This document shows positions 9,821 through 20,940 of a stretch of DNA of 64,000 bases, piece after piece (the first letter of the stretch is position 1; each line of letters starts with the position of its first letter). The DNA is from Candidatus Bathyarchaeota archaeon (GTDB taxonomy: Archaea > Thermoproteota > Bathyarchaeia > Bathyarchaeales > Bathyarchaeaceae), in assembly GCA_963697165.1 (NCBI GenBank), contig CAVOMX010000024.1, positions 64,001 through 128,000 on the forward strand, written 5' to 3'. A program made the position numbers and the translations under genes. Below the pieces are notes generated by a model, which saw only the letters and a list, made by a program, of their open reading frames with translations, did not search any database and was not told where the DNA came from.

Positions 9821-11599
9821 CTAAGCCGCCCAAAAAGGAGACTCAACCCGCATAATCTCGATAAACTCATTTAATGCCTCGATTTCTTCAGGCGTCAAGC
9901 GGTCCTCAAACTTGGTTAAAAGCACCTTTGCGTGAGATTCAGGCACCCTAACGTAGAATGTCTCGCCCTCATGAATGTGGCGACCAACAACTGCTTTTCC
10001 CAAAGAAACAGCTACCTGCGAGCCGATATCCGCTTGCGATGCGGGTTTACCCTTGTCTTGAATCTGCAAAATTTCGCCGACATTACGTCCGTCTTCTTTG
10101 ACAAGAGTGAGTCGTGGTTTTATTCGCCCCGCTAAAACGTCGACGCCGACAACTGCGGGTTTAGCTTTTCGGAACACGTATCCGGGAAGAAACTTGACTT
10201 TGGCTGGTTTGACTAATCTGCTGAATTCTTCTTCAAGCCTTGCATCATCCTCTTGTTTCGCCCATTGGAGATACTCATCGATTAGACTGTAAATGGTTCT
10301 TTGATTAAATATTGGGACATTACGGTTTTTAGCTTCTTCTTCAGCGTCTGGGAGCACCTTAACGTTGAATGCTAAAATAACTCCATGAAGCTGTTCCCGC
10401 TCTTTAACAACTGCTGCCTCAGTTACGTCACGCTTAGATACATCGCCGACGTCAGCCACCTTTATCGGAACATTGTTTCGTTTCAAACTCTCGGCAATCG
10501 CTTCAAGAGACCCCAAAGCATCCGTTTTCAAAATAACGCCGTCCAAGTCGGTGGCAATCTTGATTTGCTCGACTTCGTCCGTAACCAATTTTATGTACTC
10601 TTCAAGACGGTCTTCGGAAGGAACAGCATACAACGGTGCACCAGCTAATGCATCCTCAAGATTTGGCGCTGCAATCTTTACTCCAGCCGCAGCCGAAACA
10701 GAAGTAACTGAAGAAAACTTGTCTCGTGGATCTCTGATTTCATCTAGAGGCTTAGGCAAGAAAATTGCGCGAATGTTCGTTACAATCGGTTTTTCTTTGG
10801 CGCCAACAACTATGAGGTCGCCCTTCTGAAGTATTCCATCATAAATAATCACGTTCGTCGTGATGCCTAATCCCGGTTCCTCTTTAACCTCCAGAACTGT
10901 TCCTTTTGCTGGACCCTCTGTTGTTTTGAGTCTGGACTGCAGATACTGCTGGGTCAAACCTATGAGAACGGCTAAGAGTTCGGGTATGCCTTCTCCGCTT
11001 TTGGCGCTTGTGGGGACGATGGCGATAGTTTTGGTGAAGTCTGTAACATTGTTGAATTTGTCTGTTCTGAAGCCCAGTCTGGAGAAAGTTCCCATAATAC
11101 GGTACAAGTTCTCGTCTAGCGCTTGTTGAACGTATGGGTCTTGGCTTCTATAAGAAGCTGAAAATGTTTCATCAGGATTAGGTTTCCATCCGGGTATACG
11201 ATCAATCTTGTTTGCCGCCACAAGGAAGGGCGTCTTCTTCTCTTTTAGGATGTCAAGGCACTCGTAGGTCTGCGCCTCAAATCCCCTTAGAACGTCAACT
11301 ACAAGAATTGCAATATCAGCTACTGCGCCGCCCCTTTTTCTCAAGTTAACGAAGGCTTCATGACCGGGAGTATCGATGACAAGCAGCCCCGGAACCTGCA
11401 CATCCGTTTTCAGTCCCTTAAACAGAGGTCCACAGATTTGGGCAAGGGTATCTACTGGAAAATAGCTTGCGCCGATGTGCTGGGTGATTCCTCCAACCTC
11501 GCGGTCTTGGACACTGCTTTTTCTGATTTTGTCAAGCAGTTTAGTCTTTCCAGCGTCTATGTGACCTAGAACCGAAACGATTGGCTGTCTTACCGGCAA
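9821..11599 (-). CDS. infB: translation initiation factor aIF5B/IF-2
   Basis: RQPIVSVLGHIDAGKT; GGITQHIGA; DTPGHEAF; NKID. Confidence 0.97.
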   Translation of the reverse strand: MPVRQPIVSVLGHIDAGKTKLLDKIRKSSVQDREVGGITQHIGASYFPVDTLAQICGPLFKGLKTDVQVPGLLVIDTPGHEAFVNLRKRGGAVADIAILVVDVLRGFEAQTYECLDILKEKKTPFLVAANKIDRIPGWKPNPDETFSASYRSQDPYVQQALDENLYRIMGTFSRLGFRTDKFNNVTDFTKTIAIVPTSAKSGEGIPELLAVLIGLTQQYLQSRLKTTEGPAKGTVLEVKEEPGLGITTNVIIYDGILQKGDLIVVGAKEKPIVTNIRAIFLPKPLDEIRDPRDKFSSVTSVSAAAGVKIAAPNLEDALAGAPLYAVPSEDRLEEYIKLVTDEVEQIKIATDLDGVILKTDALGSLEAIAESLKRNNVPIKVADVGDVSKRDVTEAAVVKEREQLHGVILAFNVKVLPDAEEEAKNRNVPIFNQRTIYSLIDEYLQWAKQEDDARLEEEFSRLVKPAKVKFLPGYVFRKAKPAVVGVDVLAGRIKPRLTLVKEDGRNVGEILQIQDKGKPASQADIGSQVAVSLGKAVVGRHIHEGETFYVRVPESHAKVLLTKFEDRLTPEEIEALNEFIEIMRVESPFWAA

Positions 11600-11695
11600 A
11601 GCGATTTTCCTCCAATATAATTCAGTAAATGGTTGCTTTTAGGTTCTACTAAAAGTTATTAACGAAAAAATATGGTGGTTGTTTTAGTTCCGAAT

Positions 11696-12342
11696 TCAGC
11701 TTATTTTCGTAAGGTACTTTTCACATTGAGTGATTATTTTGTCGATTTCTTCGATCGGGTAATTCGCGTCAATGTCCGCTATCAGACCCTTTGTGCGGAG
11801 ATAGTCACTAACAGGTTTTGTTTTTTCACGATATACAACTAACCTGTTTTGGATGACTTCAGGCTTCTCGTCTGCGCGTTGAATAAGTCTTCCACTGCAA
11901 CGATCGCATACCCCCTCAATCGTTGGGGGCACATTCTTTATGTGATATATTGCTCCGCATTTGCGGCAGGTTCTTCGTCCGCCAATTCTGGACATTATAA
12001 CCTCGTCAGGGGCAACAAAATTAAGGGCAACATCGATTTTTTTGAATTTCATCATGGCTTCTGCTTGGGGAACAGTTCTAGGATAGCCATCAAGAATAAA
12101 ACCGCCCTTGCAGTCATCCTGTTCCAGTCTATTCTTCACCAAATCGATGACTATTTCATCAGGAACAAGGTCGCCCCTAGACACGTAATCCTTTGTTTTT
12201 TTGCCTAATTCAGTCTCGTCTTTTATTGCTCTGCGGAAAAGGTCTCCAACAGAGATGGTGGGAATACCATACTTTTTTGAAAGAACTTCGGCGTATAGGT
12301 TCCCTTACCTACACCAGGAGGACCAAGCACTACAATATTCAT
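11696..12342 (-). CDS. adk: adenylate kinase, bacterial long-LID type with Zn motif (frameshift near 12295)
   Basis: Reconstructed [53 protein letters not shown]; CRKC...CDRC lid. Confidence 0.9.
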
Positions 12343-12398
12343 AGTCGTTCACCAAGCCTCAATGTCTACCCTTCAATATAGAAGGGTTGACCTTTCAG

Positions 12399-12602
12399 TT
12401 AAGCTCTCCCTTTTTCTTCCTTTCCGAAATATTTTGTCCACTTAACTTTTCGGGAGTCCCGCTTCAAATCAATAGAGCTTTTTCTACACTTGTTGGAACA
12501 GAACCACAAAGTTGTTCCATCGTTCTTTACAACCATCATGCCTGTGCCCGGTGGAAATTCGTGTCCGCAAAAAGAACAATCTCTGGACTTTGGCACTTGC
12601 AA
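12399..12602 (-). CDS. rpl24e: 50S ribosomal protein L24e
   Basis: CSFCG..PGTG..FCSNKC. Confidence 0.95.
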   Translation of the reverse strand: MQVPKSRDCSFCGHEFPPGTGMMVVKNDGTTLWFCSNKCRKSSIDLKRDSRKVKWTKYFGKEEKGRA

Positions 12603-12608
12603 ATCTCC

Positions 12609-12830
12609 TTATCGTCTGAGCCTTTTTGCTTCTCTTTCCGTATCTCTTAGGACGAGAATGTCGTTAGCGCGTACTGGACCCTTTACGTTCCTTGTTATGA
12701 TGCGTCCTTTGTCCATTCCTTCAAGAACTCGGACTCTTACCTGAGTAATTTCGCCAGTAAGTCCTGTCCGACCAACGACCTGAATAACTTCTGCAGGAAC
12801 TAGTTCAGTAGGGGCCTCTTTCTTGCTCAT
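12609..12830 (-). CDS. rps28e: 30S ribosomal protein S28e
   Basis: [27 protein letters not shown]. Confidence 0.97.
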   Translation of the reverse strand: MSKKEAPTELVPAEVIQVVGRTGLTGEITQVRVRVLEGMDKGRIITRNVKGPVRANDILVLRDTEREAKRLRR

Positions 12831-13213
12831 CCACTAGAGCCCTTCTGTTTTAGTTCCTCGATTCTGCTGGAAATTTCCTTTACCAAAGCAACTGCGTCGC
12901 CAACATTAGCGATTGCAGCCGCAGCTGAAGAGACTTCTATCCCTGAGGAAATTCCAAGTTTTTCTCTGCTTGGTACAAACACGTAAGGAATTTTTCGTTC
13001 CTCACAGAGGAGAGGGAGATGCGCCACAACTTCCGGCGGGTCTACATCTTCTGCAATAACTACGAGTTTTGCTTGACCTCTTTCAACAGCTTTTGTTGTT
13101 TCGTTAGTACCTATTCTAACAGACCCTGTTTGGTTGGCTATTTGCAGGGCTTCATAGGCTGCATCTACCACCTCATTGGGGACTACAAATTTTGCGTAAA
13201 ACGGTTTTGACAT
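12827..13213 (-). CDS. rpl7ae: 50S ribosomal protein L7Ae
   Basis: [32 protein letters not shown]. Confidence 0.97.
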   Translation of the reverse strand: MSKPFYAKFVVPNEVVDAAYEALQIANQTGSVRIGTNETTKAVERGQAKLVVIAEDVDPPEVVAHLPLLCEERKIPYVFVPSREKLGISSGIEVSSAAAAIANVGDAVALVKEISSRIEELKQKGSSG

Positions 13214-13599
13214 ATGCCTCACCCTATTTTTAAGTGCAGAGTCTATCGGAAACAGGGTTTATGAATGTTTCGACCTGAACGCCGTCACTTTACATATCTG
13301 TATGCAAAACATTGTTCCTTTTTTTGAAGTGAAACCCGAAATACTGTAAGATTTGCAAAGTTTTTCGTTAAATTGGCCACCAACTTTTTTTTGGATAACT
13401 TAGATGTGCTCTCACCCAGGCTTGTACCACGCTACCCTTTAAAGTTCAAATTTTGGATATCTCAGTATGAGATAGTAAATTATGGGATTTACGCATGCAT
13501 CTCAAGCTTCTCGGTGAGAGCGAGAAAGTGATTCGATCCATTCAGTAATAAATCTTATGAATCCCCAGAAACTAACCAATTACTATGGCGGTGATTTAG

Positions 13600-13842
13600 T
13601 TGGACCTGCTAAGCATTTATCTGTTAAACCTGGTAGTTACAATTGCCATGTTCACTGTGCTTGTATTTAGGGCGTTGGTGGAACATAAAAACTATAAAAT
13701 GATGTGGAAAGAACTGGAGTGGAAGAGAACCTGTGACACCGCGGGAAGGCTTCTGAAAGCCGAAAAGAGCTTATTCACCAAAGTTGAGGGCGGCGAAGAA
13801 CTCTACGAAATGCTCTGTGAACTGTTTAACAATAATAAGTAA
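13600..13842 (+). CDS. small hypothetical membrane protein
   Basis: GGTGA SD before TTG; one N-terminal hydrophobic helix followed by a charged tail. Confidence 0.6.
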   Translation: MDLLSIYLLNLVVTIAMFTVLVFRALVEHKNYKMMWKELEWKRTCDTAGRLLKAEKSLFTKVEGGEELYEMLCELFNNNK

Positions 13843-14003
13843 GAACTCCACACCTTTCCAGTTCTGTTCTATCAGTTTCCGAATATGGTATTCGTTAAAA
13901 ATTGTTCCCATATCCTTACCTTAGAATTCGGGAAATGTAACCATGGAGTAGAGAATTTCCTGAAATGTGTCCTTTTGACATAATGTTGTGCTTAAATCAG
14001 ATT

Positions 14004-14620
14004 TTATTGAGTAATCTGTTCGGGTAAATGTTCTATTGCGTTCTTCCACGTGTTTTCAAAATACTCAGATACTATTGATAGAAAGCATGGGTTGTTTGTC
14101 CAAGTAGCAGAAGCTTCTGCCAGACCTGATGATGAAGACATGTCAATGACAGCTCTTTTATTATCAAAAATTGCAAGTATCGCAGGAGAGAGATATTGTA
14201 TGTATTTGAGTTGATAATTTGGATGCATTTCATTTTCTAGAATAGTTTTTGAAAGTGAATATTCGTTTTGAGGTTTTTCTAAAATGACTCGTATTTTCAC
14301 ATTTCGTTTTAGTGCGCTTTTTGTGCTCTCAGTAAATGTATGTATTTTGAGTGGAAATCTCTTCCACGAAGTGATAAAATCAAATGACGTTTGTGCGTTA
14401 CTAATTTCTTTATGTCGATTTCTGAGGTATGCTTCTTTTTCAGGAATAAAAATGAAGTTGTGCTCGTTCTCTTTTTCACCGTTTTTGTTCGGAAAATTCT
14501 TGAAAAATTCAATTAAATTCCGTGAATCCTCAAATGTCTTTAAGGTTTCCTGTTTTTTTCTTTTGTCTCTTAATAATATGAAATTATTTTGAGCCGTTTT
14601 TCTGAAATTTGGCCAGACAT
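14004..14620 (-). pseudogene. TrmB-family regulator remnant (effector domain only, no wHTH visible)
   Basis: Open frame ~14600-14004 gives ALKRNVKIRVILEK, AIFDNKRAVI and WTNNPCFLSIVSEYFENTWKNA; gltX ends just upstream, leaving no room for an HTH. Confidence 0.55.
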
Positions 14621-14624
14621 ACTA

Positions 14625-16374
14625 CTATCGATGCGCAAAATATGCGGTCAACTTCTCATTAACCCTATCAACGCGAGCAAAGCCAAAACGCTGGAACTGA
14701 ACAATCTCATTTGGTCTCAACACCCTGCAGGCGTCTTCTGCGATTCCTTTATCCACGGAAGCGTCAGGCATCACAACTTCACATAGAACACCGCTATCAA
14801 AGGGAATCCAATGAATCAACGGAGCTCCAAGTTTCTTGGCTTCTTCGTAAGACTCACCCAAAAAAATGGCTTGAATCACTTCTTGTTCAATCTTTTTTAC
14901 TTTAAAATTAAAGAGATCCATAAAACGTATAGCATTCTTGCTTGCTATCCCCTCTACATCATCTTTCGAAATCAAGAAAACTGCTTTTCCCTTCTCAGGC
15001 TTTACCTCAAAACATCGAACGCCCATGTCGGAGTGATCAGGATGAAGTGGAATCTGAGCCATAAACTCGTGGGGAATATCATCTACAACTAATTTCACGG
15101 GATCATGAACAAAGAAGTAACGTTTAGCGTTGGGGTCAATCTGTTTTCTGTTGTGGGCATACAAGTTTTTCCAGCTTAACACAACATCTTGCGGCTTGGG
15201 ACCAACATCAATTATTAAACTATGGATTGCCTCCGCGGTTATTCCCCGTTTTCTTAGGGCTGCAATGGTGGCAAGTCGGGGGTCATCCCAGTGTTTGTAT
15301 AATCCGCTATCCATGCCCTTCACAATTTCTGATTTACTAAGTGACGCTCCTGTTATCTTCAGCCTGCCATAATGAATTGTTTCAGGATACTTCCATCCGA
15401 AGTGCCGATACATGTATTCCTGTCTAGCTTGATTGGTCAGGTGCTCCTTTCCTCGTATGATGTGCGTTATGCCCATAAGGTGGTCATCAATGCCTGTAGA
15501 GAAATTGTAGAGAGGCCAAACACGGTATTTGCTGCCCACTCGGGGATGAGGATACTTTTCTGTATCAACAATTCTCAATGCTGGCCAGTCTCGAACAGCA
15601 GGATTAGGATGATTCATGGTCGTCTTGATTCGAACCACTGCTTCTCCTTCACCGTACAGTTCCATCCAACATTCTGTTCCATCGAAGCAAGTTTTCGTCC
15701 GTCGACAATTCTCGGCAAGGACAAGATTGACCCATTTTCGTTTTTTCCTGAAAATCTTCACGTATGCATGTGCAGACGTAAGCGCCGCCCGTCTTGATGA
15801 TTTCTTCAGAGTGTTGGTAATAGATTGGGAGCCTCTCGCTTTGAATGAATTCAGCATCCCATTTGCAACCCAGCCACTTCAAATCCTCTCGGATGGCTTC
15901 ATAGAACTCCAGTTTTGGCTTCTTAGTTTTCGAGTCCGTGTCTTCAAAACGGAGATAAAAGAGTCCATTATACATTTTGGCGTAATCGTAACTGAGCAGT
16001 ATTGCCCTAGCCGAGCCTAGATGCAGAACAAAATCGGGGTTCGGAGAAAAACGGGTGACAACCTGATCGTACTTTTTGGCATTCGGCAAAGGTGGAAGCT
16101 GCCTTGTTTCTTCTGTTTTTTCTTCAACTAAAGCCTCAGGCCAATTCTCTGCAACGATTTCTCTCTGCTTCTCTAGGAGCAGCTCGTTGATTTCTTGTAC
16201 AATCTCGTTGATGATTGGGGTAATCTCATTTATTTGTCGCCTAAACTGGGGATGTTCCCCGAGTAGCTTGCCGAAAACAGGTTTAGGTGTAGCTTTTCCT
16301 TCGTAGCGAAGCGCGTTTAGAAGAACTATTTTTCTGATTATTTCTCTTGCTTCTTTTTCTTCTGTCGGATTCAA
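14625..16374 (-). CDS. gltX: glutamate--tRNA ligase (frameshifts near 15660 and 15850)
   Basis: RFSPNPDFVLHLG; LRFEDTD; THIIRGKEH; SLSKS; WDDPRLAT; QFQRFGFAR. Confidence 0.95.
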
Positions 16375-16396
16375 GGTGTGCCACTTAGTTTTTAGT

Positions 16397-17398
16397 TTAA
16401 TGTTGTCTAGCGAAAATAAAGTCTGATAGGCTTATGAGATCTTCTCTATCTTCTGAATCTGGAAAGATCGCAAGAGCCTCTTTGGCTCTTTCGATGTAAT
16501 TTTCTGCAAAATGTTTGGCGTAGTCAATTGCCCCCAAAGAATCAATCAGCTCAATCGTTTCTCGTATCTTTTCAGGAGTCGCATCCTTGTTTCCAAGCGT
16601 CTCAAGAATCTTTTTTCTCTGATTCTTTGAAGCCTTTTCGAGCGCAAAAACGACTATCAGAGTACGTTTTCCTTCCCGAACATCATTTCCAACAGGCTTT
16701 TTAAGAACTTTCTCGTCCGCAGTCAAAGCTAGAACATCATCAATTATCTGAAAAGCGATGCCTGAGTAGTGCCCAAACTCTCCAAGACACTCAACCTGTT
16801 TTTTGTTAGCACCGCCCAAGATTCCACCGCATCTTGCAGACGTTTTAAACAGTGCAGCGGTTTTGCCTTTGATCATTTCGAGGTATTCAGTCTCGGAAAC
16901 GGTTTCATTGTTTTCAAACATCATGTCTCGAGTCTGTCCCTCGCAGAGTGTTATTGTTGCTTCGCTGATTTCCTTCAATACCTGAAGTATTCGTTTGGGT
17001 GCTACATGTTTGGTCTCTGTATATTTGGTGATTGCCTCGTAGACCTTAGCGAAGAGAAGGTCTCCCGCCACTAAGGCGATGGGTAGTCCCCATTGAGTAT
17101 GAACCGTTGGGACTCCCCGCCTCTTCTCATCCTGATCCATTATGTCATCGTGAATAAGAGTGAAAGTGTGAAGCATCTCTAAAGCTGCCGCCGTTGGAAT
17201 CGCATCCTCTTCTCTTCCTTCGACAAGCTTACAGCATTTCAAAACAAGGAAGGGTCTTAGCCGTTTTCCTCCAGCATCAATTATCTGTCGGGAAGCTCTG
17301 TAGAGCGGCTGGGGCTCACTCTTTATGTCAACAACTTTCTCGATGAAACTGTTCACTTTCTGGGCTGATTCAGCTATCTGAGATGATAGACGACTCAT
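16397..17398 (-). CDS. idsA: geranylgeranyl diphosphate synthase (polyprenyl synthetase)
   Basis: GGKRLRP; LIHDDIMDQD..RRG; FQIIDD. Confidence 0.92.
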   Translation of the reverse strand: MSRLSSQIAESAQKVNSFIEKVVDIKSEPQPLYRASRQIIDAGGKRLRPFLVLKCCKLVEGREEDAIPTAAALEMLHTFTLIHDDIMDQDEKRRGVPTVHTQWGLPIALVAGDLLFAKVYEAITKYTETKHVAPKRILQVLKEISEATITLCEGQTRDMMFENNETVSETEYLEMIKGKTAALFKTSARCGGILGGANKKQVECLGEFGHYSGIAFQIIDDVLALTADEKVLKKPVGNDVREGKRTLIVVFALEKASKNQRKKILETLGNKDATPEKIRETIELIDSLGAIDYAKHFAENYIERAKEALAIFPDSEDREDLISLSDFIFARQH

Positions 17399-18495
17399 GC
17401 CTTTCTCCTCGCGTAAACTTCAGGCGGAAAACCTCGCAGTTTTAACCATTCGGCAGTCTTTCCAGTCAATACAACCGGAACTTTCTGTAATTCTTTAATA
17501 GAGTCTGCTCCTACAAGGAACATCGCATTTCTCACTTCCTCAACCAAATGCTGAATCGCCTTTTTAACATCTTCCGAAGACTTTGTGGCTGGCTGCAGAA
17601 ACGGGTAAGAGGCACTAGCCAAACTTGAGCCTAAAGCTAAAGCCTTTGTAACATCTATTCCGTTTCTTATTCCACCTGACGCTATTACAGGAACATTGAT
17701 TGACTGAACAGCTTCTACAATGCTAGCTGCGGTGGATATGCCCCAATCCCAGAAAGTTTCTCCCAACCTTTGGCTGAAGTCGTCTTGACGCGCTTTTGCT
17801 CGGTAATATTCTACCGCTGCCCAGCTGGTTCCTCCCGCTCCCGCCACGTCGATTCCTGCAATATCCGTTGTTGCAAGCAGTTTCGCATCCTCTGATGCTA
17901 TCCCTGCTCCAGTCTCCTTCACTATAACTGGAACGTCTAGCTCTTGGGTAAGCTCGCTTATCTTATGGAGTAGACCAGAGTAGTTTGTGTCGCCTTCTGG
18001 CTGCACCGCCTCCTGTAATGCGTTCAGGTGGATTGCCAAGGCGTTGGCTTGCACCATCTCAACTGCCTTCTTTGCTTCCTTTACCCCATATTTGCTGACG
18101 AGCTGTGGACCCCCAATGTTGGCTATTATGAATGCTGTTGGCGCCTTCTCTCTAACTATGCTAAATGAGTGTTCCACTTTTGGGTTGTCAATCGCTATTC
18201 TTTGGCTTCCGACACCCATGCCAAGGTTTAGTTCCTCAACTGCTTCGGCTATTGCAGCGTTTATTTTTGTAGCTTTTGCGGTGCCACCTGTCATGGCTCC
18301 AACAAAGATTGGCGCAGAAAACTTGTAGCCGAAAACGGTTGTTGAGATGTCAACTTCTTCTCTTTCAATCTCTGGAAGAGCCCTATGTACAAGATTAACA
18401 TCTTCAAATCCCGTTGTAACTTTTCTGGATTGAACATTTTCTTTAAGACAGACTTCTATATGGTCAGCTTTCCTTTCTCCAATAATATCATCCAA
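17395..18495 (-). CDS. fni: type 2 isopentenyl-diphosphate isomerase
   Basis: RKADHI; MTGG; GVGSQR; HLNALQEAVQPEGD; KETGAG; GGTSW. Confidence 0.97.
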   Translation of the reverse strand: MDDIIGERKADHIEVCLKENVQSRKVTTGFEDVNLVHRALPEIEREEVDISTTVFGYKFSAPIFVGAMTGGTAKATKINAAIAEAVEELNLGMGVGSQRIAIDNPKVEHSFSIVREKAPTAFIIANIGGPQLVSKYGVKEAKKAVEMVQANALAIHLNALQEAVQPEGDTNYSGLLHKISELTQELDVPVIVKETGAGIASEDAKLLATTDIAGIDVAGAGGTSWAAVEYYRAKARQDDFSQRLGETFWDWGISTAASIVEAVQSINVPVIASGGIRNGIDVTKALALGSSLASASYPFLQPATKSSEDVKKAIQHLVEEVRNAMFLVGADSIKELQKVPVVLTGKTAEWLKLRGFPPEVYARRKA

Positions 18496-18501
18496 CTGTT
18501 T

Positions 18502-19311
18502 TCACCCTTTCTCAATAATTGTACCCGTCACTTCTTCTCCCCTGAGTGCCTTGTAGATCCTCATGGGTTTTGTGGCATTTACAATCAACGTTTGAATATT
18601 ATGTTCGATTGCAGGAATTAATTCACGCATCTTTCCCAGCATGCCTCCTGTCACGTCGGTTGCCTTCGACCCTTCTATCTGATGTTTTTGGGTTTTTAAT
18701 TCTTCAAATGTAACACGTTGAATCAACTTGGCTGAAGAGCACGATTTGGGGTCTGCTGTGTAGATGCCATCAACGTCTCCACCCATTATGATGCGGGATG
18801 CACCAAAATTTATTGCCAATGAAGAAACAAGCTGGTCTCCAGACAGTATGGCAAAGCCTTTCTCTGAGTCGAGGACTGCGTCTCCGTAGAGGACTGGTAC
18901 AAGCCCCATTTTGAGCATTTTTTTTAGCGGTTTTCGTTCCATACTTTGGATTCGACCCATTTTCGTTACCACACAGGAAGACGGCTGAACAACTACTGCG
19001 TTAATATTATGGTTTATTAGAGCCTCCATAACCAAAATGTTCAGCTTGGTCATGGCGCGATGGGTCTCCGAAAACCCAATAACCTGTGATGGGTCACCGT
19101 ACCCTTCAGTTAGGTTATATTTTTTTGCAATCGGATGCCCAAAAGAGCCTCCTCCATGAACCAAAATGAGCGACGAAACTTTGGCTTGAGAAATTTCTTC
19201 TGCCAACCGTTCAATTGCCTCCAAGTTGGGAGTCAATGGCTTATTCTTGTCTGTTATCACAGAACCGCCGAGCTTCAGAACAGTTGGCTTAACGATCATC
19301 CTTCCCACCAT
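18502..19311 (-). CDS. ipk: isopentenyl phosphate kinase
   Basis: LKLGGSVITDK; HGGGSFGH; SGDQ; DVTGGMLGK. Confidence 0.93.
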   Translation of the reverse strand: MVGRMIVKPTVLKLGGSVITDKNKPLTPNLEAIERLAEEISQAKVSSLILVHGGGSFGHPIAKKYNLTEGYGDPSQVIGFSETHRAMTKLNILVMEALINHNINAVVVQPSSCVVTKMGRIQSMERKPLKKMLKMGLVPVLYGDAVLDSEKGFAILSGDQLVSSLAINFGASRIIMGGDVDGIYTADPKSCSSAKLIQRVTFEELKTQKHQIEGSKATDVTGGMLGKMRELIPAIEHNIQTLIVNATKPMRIYKALRGEEVTGTIIEKG

Positions 19312-19353
19312 TATTCCCCATTTTTTACAGTAGGCTAGTTGACTGCCTGATTT

Positions 19354-19749
19354 TCAACATGCCTGCTTCTTTATTGTGACAACACCGTTCTCTAATCGAA
19401 CAGTGTCGCCCGTCTCTATTTTTGAGATGTCAACCTCGTCAACGCAGGGTATCTCAGAGATTATTGCACCCACAGCAACTACAGTTTCGCACTCACTGTT
19501 TATGATTCCCGCTGGAGCTACCCCGCCCTTCTTCAACCTGTAAAGAGTATAAGACCCAACGGTTGAGCCTTTGCCCGTCGGGAAAACAAGGATTTTGCCT
19601 TTGATTAGCTTTCCCTTCAACTCATGACCCTTTTCCAATATCTCGCTGGTTTCAGGGTCTACTCCGCCATAGAACGAAATCGGCTGACTGGTCGTCAATG
19701 CTTCTCCTTCGACGATTCCCCTATAGACAATTCTTCCTTTCAACTCCAT
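19354..19749 (-). CDS. phosphomevalonate dehydratase small subunit (AcnX swivel domain, DUF126)
   Basis: ISFYGGVDPET; GKGSTVGSY; mevalonate operon context. Confidence 0.88.
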   Translation of the reverse strand: MELKGRIVYRGIVEGEALTTSQPISFYGGVDPETSEILEKGHELKGKLIKGKILVFPTGKGSTVGSYTLYRLKKGGVAPAGIINSECETVVAVGAIISEIPCVDEVDISKIETGDTVRLENGVVTIKKQAC

Positions 19750-20936
19750 TTTCCGCTTACCCCCGCCTCTATACATTCTTCTAGGCTTCCCATCTTGGTC
19801 AACATCTTGTTATGTCGTGAGTAGTAACATCCTTTCGCGGAGGTTGTGGCAACAGTTCTAAACCTTCCCTTCAAAGGAGCTACTGCCATGCAGGTGTCGC
19901 AGGCAAACTTTCCTCCAGCCTTCTCGATCACTTCACTGTAGCCTCTTTTGTCCGCAAGCTGCTTCATGGGTCTTGAGGTTGCTACCCAAAATTCCGTGTT
20001 CGCTGACATCTTCTTGTCTTTTAGCAGGTTCGCTATTTGCGCTATTTCTTTGATGGACGCGTGGGGACAGCCTATACAAACGAAATCGATGTCCTCTGTT
20101 TCATCATTGATTGCTTCATACGCTTCCCGAATATCACAGTCATCGATTGTTATCTTGTCTTTTGGAAGCTGACATTTCTCGGATGAAGGAGTGATTCCTT
20201 TCATATAGAACAGCGGCTTTGAGCCAAAAGTCACCACAGAAGCACAGAAAGTTTTCAACTCATCCAAGCTTGCATCTTTTATGCCCGTGATGTAGGGAAT
20301 CTTGTTTTGCGCCTGATTTCCAACACAGTAACCAAGAGCACCCCAATCCGAAAACTTGGGCAATTTCGCCGTTACTTCCACGTGAGTGTCTGGTACTCTG
20401 TTCTCATCCAAATGAAGACCATAATAGGGCGTTTTGCCAACAAACGCTGCCGCAAGAGCCGAAGGACCGCCTTCCCTGTTTGTTTTCGCTCCAATAACCG
20501 AGTTAGCAAACGTAACCGCCGAAGATTCAGACCAAGCAATGTGCTCTCCAAATCTTGGCAAGTTACCAATCAGGTAGGGCGTGCAGGTGCAGGAGATGAT
20601 TATTCCCATTTTATTGAAAGCATCAATAACCAGATTCTGTTTTTTTGCGAACTCCTCGTCGATTCCGAGGTTTCGCCAGTCTTCCAAATCCATTCCTGCA
20701 GGATTCAGGGTTGTAAGCACTTTGACTTTGCCGTCTTTTGCTAGTTCATTTAGAAACTCTAGTCCGGCATCCCCAAGATTATGGTATGACACACCCGCAA
20801 CCTGAACTGACCCAACTTCTATGAGTTTTTCGGCGCCGTAAATGTTTCCGAGAGCAACCAGTATCTCCATAGACTTTTTTACTGCATAGCCCTCTTCGCC
20901 ATCTAGCATTTTCTCTTCATTTTTTGTCAGATACAT
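19740..20936 (-). CDS. phosphomevalonate dehydratase large subunit (AcnX, DUF521)
   Basis: TTLNPAG; CTCTPY; WSESSA; NREGG; IGCPH; DTC; context. Confidence 0.9.
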   Translation of the reverse strand: MYLTKNEEKMLDGEEGYAVKKSMEILVALGNIYGAEKLIEVGSVQVAGVSYHNLGDAGLEFLNELAKDGKVKVLTTLNPAGMDLEDWRNLGIDEEFAKKQNLVIDAFNKMGIIISCTCTPYLIGNLPRFGEHIAWSESSAVTFANSVIGAKTNREGGPSALAAAFVGKTPYYGLHLDENRVPDTHVEVTAKLPKFSDWGALGYCVGNQAQNKIPYITGIKDASLDELKTFCASVVTFGSKPLFYMKGITPSSEKCQLPKDKITIDDCDIREAYEAINDETEDIDFVCIGCPHASIKEIAQIANLLKDKKMSANTEFWVATSRPMKQLADKRGYSEVIEKAGGKFACDTCMAVAPLKGRFRTVATTSAKGCYYSRHNKMLTKMGSLEECIEAGVSGKWS

Positions 20937-20940
20937 GAGA

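Noticed and set aside
13214..13270. K-turn autoregulatory element in the rpl7ae leader
   Set aside because: Only a CCCTGTTT/AAATAGGG stem that probably begins upstream of the transcription start; no tandem G-A pairs identified.
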